Shown here in pieces: positions 8,075 to 17,719 of a stretch of 37,504 bases of DNA. Positions within the stretch are counted from its first letter, which is position 1; each line of letters starts with the position of its first letter. The stretch comes from Candidatus Eiseniibacteriota bacterium (GTDB lineage Bacteria; ARS69), in the NCBI GenBank assembly GCA_052390515.1, contig JBQTGV010000047.1:1-37504 (forward strand), written 5' to 3'. The translations under genes and the position numbers were made by a program. The notes beneath the pieces were generated by a model. That model did no database searches and was not told the origin of the DNA. It was given only the letters and a program-made list of their open reading frames with translations.

Positions 8075-8938
8075 ATGAGGCGGGCGACCAGCAAACCCCT
8101 CCATGCGACCAACGTCATCGCCTTCTCCGACACGCACTGCGGCTGCCGGCTGGGGCTCTGCCCGCCATCGGTGACGCTGGACGACGGCGGGACGTATCAC
8201 GCCTCGCCGCTCCAACGGAAGGTCTGGACGCTGTGGGAGGAGTTCTGGGGCGAGTGGGTGCCGCGCGTGACCCGTGGCGAGCCGTGGGACGCGGTCATGA
8301 ACGGGGACGCTCTGGACGGCGTCCACCACGGCGCGACCACCCAGGTCAGCCACAACCTGAAAGACCAGTCGGTCATCGCACTGGCGTGCTTGGAGCCGGT
8401 CGTAAGGGCTTGCCACTCAAGCGGTGGGCGCTACTTCCACATCCGTGGGACCGAGGCCCACGTCGGCAAGTCGGCGGTCGAAGAGGAGCGACTGGCGAAA
8501 GAGTTGCAAGCGGTTCCGAACGAGGCTGGGCAGTACGCGCGGTGGGAGTTGTGGAAGCGCATCGGCCCCGGCAAGGGCCACCTGTGCCACTTCCTGCACC
8601 ACATCGGGGCGACCGGGAGTTCGGCCTACGAATCGACCGCGCTCCACAAGGAGATGGTCGAGAGCTTCGTCGAGGCCGGGCGCTGGGGCGACGAGCCGCC
8701 GCAGGTCATCGTGCGGAGCCACCGCCACCGGCACTTCGAGACGCGCATCGCGGTCGGCGGCGGGTACGGCATCGCGACCGTGACGCCGGCGTGGCAGTTG
8801 AAAACCCCCTTCACCTACAAGATCCCCGGCGCCCGGCTCGCCCAGCCCCAGTTCGGCGGCATCCTGATCCGGGCGGGGGACGAGGAACTGCACACGCGGT
8901 TCTTCGTGCGGCGCATCGAACGACCCAAGGAGGAGTGA
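8075..8938 (+). CDS. Calcineurin-like metallophosphoesterase
   Basis: Motifs FSDTHCG (DxH), NGDALDG (GDxxD), RGTEAH, HH and SHRH. Confidence 0.8.
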   Translation: MRRATSKPLHATNVIAFSDTHCGCRLGLCPPSVTLDDGGTYHASPLQRKVWTLWEEFWGEWVPRVTRGEPWDAVMNGDALDGVHHGATTQVSHNLKDQSVIALACLEPVVRACHSSGGRYFHIRGTEAHVGKSAVEEERLAKELQAVPNEAGQYARWELWKRIGPGKGHLCHFLHHIGATGSSAYESTALHKEMVESFVEAGRWGDEPPQVIVRSHRHRHFETRIAVGGGYGIATVTPAWQLKTPFTYKIPGARLAQPQFGGILIRAGDEELHTRFFVRRIERPKEE

Positions 8939-9207
8939 TGGCGAACGTCGTGATCCGCGAGGACGAGTGGCGCCGCGAGCTCGAGCGCGTCATGCCGAAG
9001 TCGGACGATAAGGGGATGACCGCGAGGGAGTTGTCGCACACGTTCGGCGTGTCCGCGCGCACGATGCGGGAGCGGCTGCGCGTGCTCTACGACGCGGGCC
9101 GCATCGGGGTCGGCAAGCGGAACACGAGGTCGCTGGACGGTCGTCCGGCGACGACCCCGGTCTACTGGATACTGCCGGAAGCGGGCCGGAAGAAGGGCAC
9201 CGCTTGA
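8938..9207 (+). CDS. Winged-HTH DNA-binding protein
   Basis: GGAGG SD and TGATG coupling; GMTARELSHTFGVSARTMRERLRVLYDAGRI helix-turn-helix plus wing. Confidence 0.75.
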   Translation: MANVVIREDEWRRELERVMPKSDDKGMTARELSHTFGVSARTMRERLRVLYDAGRIGVGKRNTRSLDGRPATTPVYWILPEAGRKKGTA

Positions 9208-9233
9208 CATCGGCCGGCCGTTCTCTGCATCGT
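9204..9233 (+). promoter_or_regulatory. Putative promoter for the morphogenesis operon
   Basis: TTGACA-18 bp-CATCGT, resembling the 1794-1824 promoter, in one of few intergenic gaps. Confidence 0.45.
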
Positions 9234-9291
9234 TAGTAGCGGCTGGCTGCCACTCGGGGCAGGAGACTGCCCTCATGGAGGGTTCACGCGC

Positions 9292-9996
9292 ATGAAGCGC
9301 AATACCTGGTTCACAGCACTTCTCACGGCGGCCGTGCTGCTCGCGGCTGTCTTCGCGGCGACGGCGTCAGCGGACATCAAGTCCGAAGACCTGTTCTTCC
9401 GCACCACGAACGCCAACGCGGCCACGAGCGCCCTGCCGTGGACGCTGCCTCAGGGGCACTCGTACTTCTCCGACTCGTCGGTCTTCCGCCAGATCGCCAC
9501 GGCGACCAACGAAGACACGACGATGGCGTATCCTATCAGCCGTTTCATCAAGAAGTGGCCGAACATCCCGGTCACAGCGGCGGCGGCGGTGGACTCGATG
9601 GCGCAGCCGTGGATGATCCTCACGGTGGCGAGTTCGACCAGCGACTACTCGTGGTCGGGCACCAACGCGCTGGACAGCATCTACATCTCGGCTCAGGTCA
9701 GCATCGACGGCTCGACGTGGACGAACGTGGACGGTACGCCGACCCGCGAGTTCTTCGCAGCGACGGCGAGCCCCATCGACGGCAATCCGTGTCTCACGGC
9801 CATCGAGCAGAACGCCGGGGCGAACTTCGCCACGGTGACGCTGGGGTGCGCACCGAAGTTGCAGTCGAAGGCCGACCGGCTGGTCATCAACCAGAACCTG
9901 TGCGCCCAGCCGGGGTGGGTCCGGTTCCTCGTCAGCACCGGAGCCGGGACGGGACAGTTCCGCCTCATCGCCACCTACGACGACGGCAGCAACTGA
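9292..9996 (+). CDS. Sec-signal-peptide protein with beta-sandwich (jelly-roll-like) domain; possible virion decoration/spike
   Basis: MKRNTWFTALLTAAVLLAAVFAATASA|DIK classical SPase I signal; AQVSIDGSTW...WVRFLV pattern of phage jelly-roll domains; directly upstream of portal. Confidence 0.7.
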   Translation: MKRNTWFTALLTAAVLLAAVFAATASADIKSEDLFFRTTNANAATSALPWTLPQGHSYFSDSSVFRQIATATNEDTTMAYPISRFIKKWPNIPVTAAAAVDSMAQPWMILTVASSTSDYSWSGTNALDSIYISAQVSIDGSTWTNVDGTPTREFFAATASPIDGNPCLTAIEQNAGANFATVTLGCAPKLQSKADRLVINQNLCAQPGWVRFLVSTGAGTGQFRLIATYDDGSN

Positions 9997-10003
9997 CCGG
10001 AGC

Positions 10004-12010
10004 ATGACCGAAGACCTGCCCATCTGCCAGAGGGTCAGGCGACTCGTTGAGGGGGCGCTGCCGTACTGGCGCCCCCTCAGGGAGGCCCGCCGCGAGGAGA
10101 TCGACTTCCTCGACGGCGACCGCTACGAAGATGACCACGGCCCCTACAACAAGGACCGCCGCGACCGGCAGTTCCGTGGTCAGGAAATCTCCTCCGTCGC
10201 ACGCAACAAGGCCGGTCAATCGACCGCCAACCCGCGCAGCATCGAAGCTCTCCCGGTGGACAGGTTCGCCGACGCAGACGACGCCGAGATCGCCGTGTCG
10301 ATTCTGGAGTGGGAGCTGAACCATCCCCAGAAGGGCTTCGACGATGTGCTGGACGAGGTCATCATCGATGCCCTCGAGAGTCGCGCCGGCTGCGCGATGC
10401 TGGAGTTCGACCCCGAGCTGGGCCAGTACGGTGGCGAGACGTTCTGGCGCTGGAAAGACCCGAACCTGGTCATGTGGACGCCGGGCTTCTCCGACCCGCA
10501 CCACGTCGCGTGCGAATGGATGATCGAGGCGCAACGCATCCCCATCGCCACCATCAAGCAGCGCGGCAAGGGCAAGGGCAAGGGCCGCTGGCGCGGGACC
10601 GATGAGATCGTCGGCGATGCCACGGCGACCTCGTCGTTCCCGGGCGAGGGCAGCACCAACCCGCTCGACCGCATCGGCGTCCCTGGCGAGTCCTACGACG
10701 ACGACCACGTCTGGGTCTACTTCTGCTGGTACAAGAACGACCCCTCGACCTACAAGCGCGAGAAGGAATCCAACGAGCTCCCCGAGGGCGAGCGGTACAT
10801 GGGGTGCGACAATCCCGAGTGCCAGTACCGGTCGATGACACAGGACGAGCTCCTGCTCGAGGGGAAGCTCGAGGACGGCGAGGAACTGCCGGAGGACATG
10901 GACCCGTGCCCGCTCTGCGGCGGACATCTCTCCCGGCGCGACATGTCGGTGGTCGAGGACGAGGTGCTGGCGTACCCCAAGGGCCGGCGGCTGGTCATCA
11001 TGCCCGCGTTCCAGCAGACGCCGGACGACCTGCCGTTCTACGACGGCCCGTGGCCGGTCCCCAAGGCCCGCTCGTTCCCCATCCTGTGGGTGACGGCGTA
11101 CGCCAAGGGCGGCCGCCCGATGGGAGACAGCGACACGACCCGGAACTGGGACGCGCAGATCGCCAGCGACCAGTTGATGACGATGGCGTTCGACCGGCTG
11201 ATGCGGCACCAGACCTACTACCTGATGCCGTCTGTGGGCATCACCGACACCAACGGCAAGCGGTTCGAGTTCCGGGACGACCAGTACAACGTGATGCTGG
11301 CCGACATGTCGGACGTGAACCGGCCGGCGCCGACGGTGACCACGGTGCAGGGCGCCTCGCTCGACTCGGCGTGGCCGACCTACTGGAACTCGGTGCAGCA
11401 GGTACTGCTCGGCCCGCAGGGCACGAACGACATGGGCCTGACGCCGGATTCGTCCAAGAACATCGCGGCGGCGACGGTGGCCCAGTTGGACCGCATCGGC
11501 AACATCCCGGTCGAGCACTTCAACCGGCGTAAGAACCGCGCCCTGGGCAAGGCGTACGGCGTCCACTGGGACTACATCCGCGCCACCTACACCTCGCGGC
11601 GTCTGGCCCGCATGCAGATCGGGGACGAGACGCTGGTGGACCGCCTGCGCGGGGATGACCAGCCGAACTTCGACTTCATCGTGAGCGAGGCGCCACCGTT
11701 CACCGGCCTCGAGAAGGCCCGGTCGGAGGCGTTCACCGCTCTCTACCAGATGGCCCAGACGACGCCGATGTGGGTAGACTTGTTCGCGGAAGTCAACAGA
11801 TTGCCACAGAGCGTCGTGCGTAAGGTCAAGCGCGCCATCGCAGAACAGAAGATGAAGGCCGAGCGCGATGCGATGATGGCCGCGCAGCAGATGGGCGCCG
11901 GCATCCCGGACGACCTGAGCGGGCTCGAGCCGCCGGCGATGGAGCCGAACCCGATGGACGTGGTACAACAGCAGTACGCTCCCGCTCCCGAAGCTCCCAT
12001 GGTCGCCTAG
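10004..12010 (+). CDS. Portal protein (P22-like)
   Basis: 668 aa; W...REARREEIDFLDGDRY, F....D....AG..., DP..V.W.P motifs; Q/M/P-rich tail; position before scaffold and capsid. Confidence 0.85.
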   Translation: MTEDLPICQRVRRLVEGALPYWRPLREARREEIDFLDGDRYEDDHGPYNKDRRDRQFRGQEISSVARNKAGQSTANPRSIEALPVDRFADADDAEIAVSILEWELNHPQKGFDDVLDEVIIDALESRAGCAMLEFDPELGQYGGETFWRWKDPNLVMWTPGFSDPHHVACEWMIEAQRIPIATIKQRGKGKGKGRWRGTDEIVGDATATSSFPGEGSTNPLDRIGVPGESYDDDHVWVYFCWYKNDPSTYKREKESNELPEGERYMGCDNPECQYRSMTQDELLLEGKLEDGEELPEDMDPCPLCGGHLSRRDMSVVEDEVLAYPKGRRLVIMPAFQQTPDDLPFYDGPWPVPKARSFPILWVTAYAKGGRPMGDSDTTRNWDAQIASDQLMTMAFDRLMRHQTYYLMPSVGITDTNGKRFEFRDDQYNVMLADMSDVNRPAPTVTTVQGASLDSAWPTYWNSVQQVLLGPQGTNDMGLTPDSSKNIAAATVAQLDRIGNIPVEHFNRRKNRALGKAYGVHWDYIRATYTSRRLARMQIGDETLVDRLRGDDQPNFDFIVSEAPPFTGLEKARSEAFTALYQMAQTTPMWVDLFAEVNRLPQSVVRKVKRAIAEQKMKAERDAMMAAQQMGAGIPDDLSGLEPPAMEPNPMDVVQQQYAPAPEAPMVA

Positions 12011-12037
12011 GCGGCCACAGCACAAGAGAGGATTCAC

Positions 12038-12799
12038 ATGCCCGACAAGGAAGCCGAACAGACGACGCTGACGGACCCGAAGGACGACACGGAGCCTCGT
12101 GACCAAGCCGAGGATCGTGGGACGCCTGAGGATGCCGAGCGGGACGCTGACGAGGCCACCGAACCGGACTACAAGGCCATCCACCTCGCGAACAAGGAAA
12201 CCATCGAGGGACTGAAGCGTCAGCTGGACGAGGTCAACGAGAAGCTCGCGCGCGGGACACAGCCAGCCCCCGAAGAGCAGAGCATGCAGGAAGACCTCGA
12301 CCAGCGAGCCGCCGCCATGGACAAGCTCCGGCGGCTGGCCGACGTGGACCCCGTTGCGGCCTTCGTCCTGCAACAGCAGGAGGAGGTGCAGCGCATCCGT
12401 CAGGACACGATGGACGCCTTCACGCTGTCGAAGTTGCCGGTCGAGAAGCAGCAGCCCGTCCTCCAGTTCTACGAGAAGTACCGGAGCCACTTCCCGAGTC
12501 TCGCGGCGTGCATCGAGTACGTCCGGGGCCGGGAGGCGCAGAGCCGGGTCGCGGAGCTGGAGAAGAAACTCGAGGAGCTGCAGAAGACCGGCGGCGGTGC
12601 GGACAAGGAACGCGAGGAGTTGGCCGATGTGGTTCGTACGGGAGGGCGTGACGTCAACCGAACGACCTACAAGGCCCAGACGATGTCCAAGGACACCTTC
12701 GACCAGCGGCAGCGCGAGTTCCGTGCGCAGGGACGGCACGAGGAAGCGATGGCCGAACAGGACAAGCTCCTGAAGGGGAAGATCGTCCTCAAGGGCTGA
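12038..12799 (+). CDS. Capsid scaffolding protein
   Basis: Acidic N-terminus and coiled coils; between portal and capsid. Confidence 0.7.
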   Translation: MPDKEAEQTTLTDPKDDTEPRDQAEDRGTPEDAERDADEATEPDYKAIHLANKETIEGLKRQLDEVNEKLARGTQPAPEEQSMQEDLDQRAAAMDKLRRLADVDPVAAFVLQQQEEVQRIRQDTMDAFTLSKLPVEKQQPVLQFYEKYRSHFPSLAACIEYVRGREAQSRVAELEKKLEELQKTGGGADKEREELADVVRTGGRDVNRTTYKAQTMSKDTFDQRQREFRAQGRHEEAMAEQDKLLKGKIVLKG

Positions 12800-12831
12800 C
12801 TCTGGCACAACGATAGGAAGGGATTCCGAAC

Positions 12832-13707
12832 ATGGCGGCAGGACTGTCCACAGCCTCGCCCCCGGTCCTCACTCCGGGCTCGAATCACGTCAACTACGAG
12901 GTGTTCTCTCGCACGGTCGAGAGTGCCACCTACCAGAAGCAGCAGCTCATCCCGCGCTTCAAGGATGTCGGCCGTCCGTACTCGAAGCTGACCATCAACA
13001 AGTGGGCGCGGGTGTCCTCGACCGCGCTGGCGGCCGGCAACCACGGCACCGGGCTCACCTACCAGGATCCCGTGGCGACCCCGCCGACGCTGGACCCGGC
13101 GGGCATCTACGTCGCGCTCGCCTTCTCGCAGAACGAGGCGGCCGAGAACCCCTACGACCTCGACTCCGAGCTGTCCGACGAGGCCACTCGGGCGCTGGCC
13201 GAGGGGAACGACACCAACGCGGCGCTGCAGTTCCCGGCGCTGACCCAGTTCCGTGGCAACGCGACCGATGACGTCACGTCGGCCCTGCTGCGGAACGCAC
13301 AGGCCCTCCTCACCCGGAACTCGAACGGCATGATCGCGCCGGGCGCCGGGATGGAGATCTACCTCGTGCTCGACGCCTCGCAGTACCCGGCGGTGATGAG
13401 CATCGAGGAGTACGCCAACGCCGAAGCGCGAGGCGATGGCGAGAACCCCTACGTCAAGGGTGTCTGGTCGAAGGGTGGCGGGCACAACCTGCTGTTCTCG
13501 ACCGTGCTCTCGACCGACGTGGACGGCACGCACGGCGCCCTGTGGGTGAAGGAAGCCCTCGGGGTCGGCTGGAACGTCCGCTCCATGGTGAAGAAGCAGT
13601 CGCTCGAGCTGCAGGAGCGGTGCATCCTGTTCAACCACCTCGGTACGACCGTCATCCACGACCTGCGGGCCGTGGCGATCCGTACCGGGAACACCATCGC
13701 GGCCTAA
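12832..13707 (+). CDS. Major capsid protein (HK97 fold, podovirus-type)
   Basis: 291 aa; strong codon bias; follows the scaffold; C-terminal ALGVGW....KKQSLELQER......GTTVIHDLRAVAI pattern. Confidence 0.75.
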   Translation: MAAGLSTASPPVLTPGSNHVNYEVFSRTVESATYQKQQLIPRFKDVGRPYSKLTINKWARVSSTALAAGNHGTGLTYQDPVATPPTLDPAGIYVALAFSQNEAAENPYDLDSELSDEATRALAEGNDTNAALQFPALTQFRGNATDDVTSALLRNAQALLTRNSNGMIAPGAGMEIYLVLDASQYPAVMSIEEYANAEARGDGENPYVKGVWSKGGGHNLLFSTVLSTDVDGTHGALWVKEALGVGWNVRSMVKKQSLELQERCILFNHLGTTVIHDLRAVAIRTGNTIAA

Positions 13708-13785
13708 GGGCCGACGCGGGGAGGCGGGGGCGAGGCAGGGAGCGCCGGACCCCCGCTGAACCGCACAACCAGAAAGGCTCCCATC

Positions 13786-14505
13786 ATGCCACTCGACCGT
13801 CACATCCATCTGCCCATCGGAACCAGGGAGGAGATCGAAGCGCAGGGCATGGACCCTGCCTTCGTCGCCTGCTGCGCCCCGCCGACCAAGGACGGCTCGG
13901 TCAAGGGCTGCGCGTGGTGGGAGAAGTGCCAGTTCCATCGCAAGGCGCTCGGTGGGTTCAAGGGCGAGGGGCCGAAGAACGTGGGCTTCTACATGCGCAC
14001 CGCGAACAGCGACGGCGCCCAGCAGCGTGAGGGTGTGGCCCCGTGCTTCCGGTTCGTCGCCACGCTCCAGCCCCGGATGCTGAACGGGCTCGACCGGAAG
14101 AACCGGGGACAGGATCACGAGGTCATCCAGGTCATCGCGCAGGAGGGCGAGAAGATCGTCGTCCGCGAGTGGAAGACGGTCGCCCCGGACGGCGGGAACA
14201 AGTCCAAGGACTACCGGATGAAGTCGAGCATCGTCGAGATGACGGTGCCCAAGTTCCCACGGCCCGGCGAGAACCCGGGCGTCACCTACGACAACCAGCT
14301 CGACCAGCGTGCGGCCGACCGCGAGCGCAGGGCGAGCGACCTCGAGGACATGCTGGCCGACCAGATGGCGGGCGCGGCGCCGAGGCATCGGCCGGAGGAC
14401 GACGTCGTCCCCGACCTGACGGAGCTGGGAGAGCCGCTCGAGACGGCCGACGCCACGCCGACCGTGCCGCTGGCGCAGCCGGTCAAGAAGAAGGGCCGGG
14501 GATGA
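13786..14505 (+). CDS. Hypothetical protein with Cys cluster, structural module
   Basis: AGAAAGG SD; CC...C.....C...C residues; acidic/basic C-terminal tail. Confidence 0.7.
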   Translation: MPLDRHIHLPIGTREEIEAQGMDPAFVACCAPPTKDGSVKGCAWWEKCQFHRKALGGFKGEGPKNVGFYMRTANSDGAQQREGVAPCFRFVATLQPRMLNGLDRKNRGQDHEVIQVIAQEGEKIVVREWKTVAPDGGNKSKDYRMKSSIVEMTVPKFPRPGENPGVTYDNQLDQRAADRERRASDLEDMLADQMAGAAPRHRPEDDVVPDLTELGEPLETADATPTVPLAQPVKKKGRG

Positions 14506-15083
14506 GCGCATCGCTGGACGTCCACCGAACCACCGACGACCTGAAGGAGGGCCTGCGGGCACGCAAGAAGGCGCCCGACAAGAACTACTTGAAGGCGAAG
14601 TACCCGCACGCGTTCCGCGAGCAGGTGAACCCCGAGACGGGCATCCCTGAGTGGCGGGTGGGCGGGCTCCGGCCGGACGGGACGCCGTTCCTGAAGCGTG
14701 AGGAGCAGCGCGAGCTCAACAACGAGCTGCGGCCGTTCATGTCGGCAGAGTCGGAGCGGGCCCGCAACCTGGCCTCGAGGCGCCCGAAGGGGGTCGTCCT
14801 GCGCGACAAGGACGGGGGCCGGCGCATCATCCATCCGGCGCTGGCGGATTCGGTCGCGCGGAAGAACGGCTGGAGGTCGGGTGAGCGCCCGCGCGGGAAT
14901 CGCGTGGAGCGCGGCGAGGGCGGGATGCTGTGGCGGATGGTGGCCGGGGCATGGATGCCGCTAGGGGTGCGATGCTTGGGGCGTCCGCTGAAGGGCAGCG
15001 CCCGCATCCCCCGACGCGGCATCCAGTACGACCCCGACGGTCGCCCGTGGCGCTGGGTCGGCCGTGAGTGGACGAGGCTCTGA
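14502..15083 (+). CDS. Basic hypothetical protein
   Basis: ATGA coupling; MSASLDVHRTTDDLKEG... Confidence 0.65.
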   Translation: MSASLDVHRTTDDLKEGLRARKKAPDKNYLKAKYPHAFREQVNPETGIPEWRVGGLRPDGTPFLKREEQRELNNELRPFMSAESERARNLASRRPKGVVLRDKDGGRRIIHPALADSVARKNGWRSGERPRGNRVERGEGGMLWRMVAGAWMPLGVRCLGRPLKGSARIPRRGIQYDPDGRPWRWVGREWTRL

Positions 15084-15781
15084 TGGCGACCATGGTTGAC
15101 GTGCGCCACCGGGTGCGAGAGCACCTGCGTGATACCGACTTCCGCCGTCCCGAGTGGGACACGGCGGCACTCGACAACGCCATCGCCGAAGCGTACATGG
15201 CGCTCGCCGCATGGCTGCCGGCGCCGACGGCGGTGGTCGAGTCGGCCGGCACCATCGCGGCCAATGCCGACACGTTCACGCTGCCGACCGCCGCCGGCGA
15301 GGAGTACGCGGGCGAGGTTCGCATCCGGCTCCGGTCGGATGGCTCGTTCCTCATCCAGCGCACGGTGGAGGAGATCGACATGCTGCGCGCGGGCGAGACT
15401 TCCACCGTAGGCACCACGCGACCGACTCACTTCTGCATGTGGGAGGAGCTGGATCAGGATGTCATCTGCCGGTGCTGGCCGAGGTCGCGCGATGCGGAAG
15501 CCTACGACATCCACCGGACGCTCGCACTCGCCGACCTGCGCGAGGGCGCGAGCCTTGACATCGAGACGGTGCGGTTCTCGCGATTCGGCGTCTCGTCGCT
15601 GGTGCTGCACGCGGCGGCATCGCTCGTCACGGGGGCGACCGACGAGGCGCTGTCGCGGCTGGGCCTGAGCCGTGGCGCCGCGCGGACATGGCAGCAGCAG
15701 TCGGACATCCTGCTCTACAAGGAACGCGAGCGACGTCACAACGTGGAATCGGTCGGTCGCGTGATGCGGCTGGTGCGCTGA
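15083..15781 (+). CDS. Head-tail adaptor / ring protein, paralog 1 (P22 gp4 / T7 gp11-like)
   Basis: VRHRVREHLRD....W....LDNAIAEA..; T.......FTLP; RPTHF; WP; helical C-terminus. Confidence 0.7.
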   Translation: MATMVDVRHRVREHLRDTDFRRPEWDTAALDNAIAEAYMALAAWLPAPTAVVESAGTIAANADTFTLPTAAGEEYAGEVRIRLRSDGSFLIQRTVEEIDMLRAGETSTVGTTRPTHFCMWEELDQDVICRCWPRSRDAEAYDIHRTLALADLREGASLDIETVRFSRFGVSSLVLHAAASLVTGATDEALSRLGLSRGAARTWQQQSDILLYKERERRHNVESVGRVMRLVR

Positions 15782-15782
15782 C

Positions 15783-17015
15783 ATGCCGAGTCAGGGACCG
15801 TTCTATCCGCTGACGTGGGCGAGCGTCGCCGTGCCCGGGTCACCGTCGGCGCTGGCGTGGACGAGCCCCGACGGGGCCGACCTGTCCGACGACAGCTACG
15901 CCGGATGCCTGTTCACGGCGTTCGTCTCAGACGAGCGGAGCGAGTACCTGCGCGGGGTGGACGTCCCGTTCTCGATGCCGCTCGATGCCGAGATCGACGG
16001 CCTGACGGTCGCCATCGAGCGGAAGGAACTGGGGTCGGACGTCCGCGACCACGAGTTGACGCTGGTCTATCAGGGCGCGGCCATCGGGGACGACAAGGCG
16101 GCCGACGGAGAGTGGCCGGCGTCGGACACGGTGGCGACCTACGGGGGTACGAGCGACGACTGGAACGCGGGCCTGACGCCTCTCATCCTCGCCTCGCCGC
16201 TCTTCGGCGTCCAGTTGCGGGTGCGGAGCACGAGCGGTGCGGCGCCTCAGGCCCTGGTGGACGGTATCACCCTGCAGGCAGCCTACACGCCCGCCACCGC
16301 CGGCGCCGGCACCGGATCCAAGGTCCGCGACCGCGTGCGGTCCATGCTGCGCGACTTCGACCTCCGGCGACCGCTCGTGGACTTGGCGCGGCTCGACAAC
16401 GCCATCGCCGAGTCGCACATGCTGGTCGCTGCCATGATGAAGAAGGGCGAAGCCATCGCCGATTCGGCCTTCACCATCGCGCCCGGGGCCAACACGTTCT
16501 CGCTCCCGACCACGCTCAATGGGCGCTCGTCGTCGGCCCTCTACGACGGCGAGTTGCGGCTCCGGCGCTCGCGTGACGGCTGGTTCATGCGCCGCCGCAC
16601 GCTGGACCAGGTCGATGCCATGCGGGCCGGCCTCGCCGATGGCCGTCGCGGGCCGCCCACCGACTACGCGCTGTGGGAGGAATCGGATGGCACCGTGCGC
16701 GGGCTCTGCTACCCGCGAGCCGACCGGGCCGAGCGAATCGACCTGTTCTATCGGAGCGTCCCCGACGACATGAGAGACGCGGTCGACATCGATGTATCCT
16801 CGACCCAGATGGGACGCGAGTTGCGGGCGGGACTGGTTCATCTCGCGGCCGGCACCCTCGCCCTCTCTCTGCCTCAGGCAGTGCTGGCGCGGAACGGACT
16901 GACGCACCGTGTCGCCCGAGTCTGGACCGACGTGGCGCATCGGACCATCTACTCGGCGACCGCCGCCGACCATGACGTGGTGGGCGTCGGCGGAACGGAA
17001 AGGCTGGTGAGCTGA
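15783..17015 (+). CDS. Head-tail adaptor paralog 2 fused to an N-terminal beta-sandwich domain
   Basis: C-terminal ~230 aa aligns by eye with paralog 1 (VRDRVRSMLRD..LRRP....LDNAIAE, TIAPGANTFSLPT, LWEESDG...CYPR, VGRV/VGVG end); N-terminal FSMP.DA.IDG..V.IER...TYGG..D.W...LTP......FGV domain. Confidence 0.75.
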   Translation: MPSQGPFYPLTWASVAVPGSPSALAWTSPDGADLSDDSYAGCLFTAFVSDERSEYLRGVDVPFSMPLDAEIDGLTVAIERKELGSDVRDHELTLVYQGAAIGDDKAADGEWPASDTVATYGGTSDDWNAGLTPLILASPLFGVQLRVRSTSGAAPQALVDGITLQAAYTPATAGAGTGSKVRDRVRSMLRDFDLRRPLVDLARLDNAIAESHMLVAAMMKKGEAIADSAFTIAPGANTFSLPTTLNGRSSSALYDGELRLRRSRDGWFMRRRTLDQVDAMRAGLADGRRGPPTDYALWEESDGTVRGLCYPRADRAERIDLFYRSVPDDMRDAVDIDVSSTQMGRELRAGLVHLAAGTLALSLPQAVLARNGLTHRVARVWTDVAHRTIYSATAADHDVVGVGGTERLVS

Positions 17016-17719
17016 TGGCCGTCCTGCTCTACTCCGAGATTCAGGATCTCGCGCTCGACCGCATTCAGGCGAACACGGCGACCGACCCGCCGTTCACGGC
17101 GGCCCAGATCGCCCGGCACATCAACGACGCGTATGCCGACGTCTATGAGATCTCGGGCGGCGGCCTCGTGAGCGCGACTCATAACGGAATCTGGGAGGTG
17201 CTGGAGACCAACGCCTACAGCACCATCGTCAGCATCTCGAAGCGGATCGCCGAGGTGGTGAGGGTCTACGCGTCCGACGGGCTTGCCGCGACGGTCGGCA
17301 CGGAGGATGCGTCGTTCACGGTGCTGGAGCGCGTGGAGCAGGAGCGCATCTTCTACCTCAACCACAACGTGAGCCTCGCCTACAGCACGCCCAAGCTCTA
17401 CTCCATCACGCGCATCGACGAGGTCGCGGAGACTCGAATCCCGCGCCTCCGGCTCGACGTGTGGCCCATCAACCTCAACTACAAGCACCCGGTGGACTAC
17501 ATCCCCCAGTTCTCGCCCATCGACTCGGTCACCGACACGCAGCCCAGCTGTTCGGACATCGAGTCACGGGACATCGCTCTACTGGCGGCGGCTCGCATGG
17601 CGCCGCTCATCGGACGCGCGGAGTTCGTGCCCGGCATCATGCTGGACGTGTCGGAGCGCACCCGGGCGGCGCTCGAGCGCAAGGCGTCGGCCCTGCTGGA
17701 CGCGAGGCAGAACCGATGA
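17015..17719 (+). CDS. Head-tail adaptor / ring protein, paralog 3
   Basis: YSEIQDLALDRI......FTAAQIARHINDAY; TPKLY; LDVWP; same size class and helical ends as paralogs 1-2. Confidence 0.6.
   Translation: MAVLLYSEIQDLALDRIQANTATDPPFTAAQIARHINDAYADVYEISGGGLVSATHNGIWEVLETNAYSTIVSISKRIAEVVRVYASDGLAATVGTEDASFTVLERVEQERIFYLNHNVSLAYSTPKLYSITRIDEVAETRIPRLRLDVWPINLNYKHPVDYIPQFSPIDSVTDTQPSCSDIESRDIALLAAARMAPLIGRAEFVPGIMLDVSERTRAALERKASALLDARQNR

Noticed and set aside
13710-13760. Terminator after the capsid gene
   Set aside because: GCGGGGG/CCCCCGC stem is present but has a large loop and no U-tract; not supportable as an intrinsic terminator
9965-14562. Long antisense ORFs (947 aa, 631 aa; likewise 5918-7876 and 18640-20076)
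   Set aside because: Shadow frames of high-GC3 sense genes; no motifs, SD or coupling
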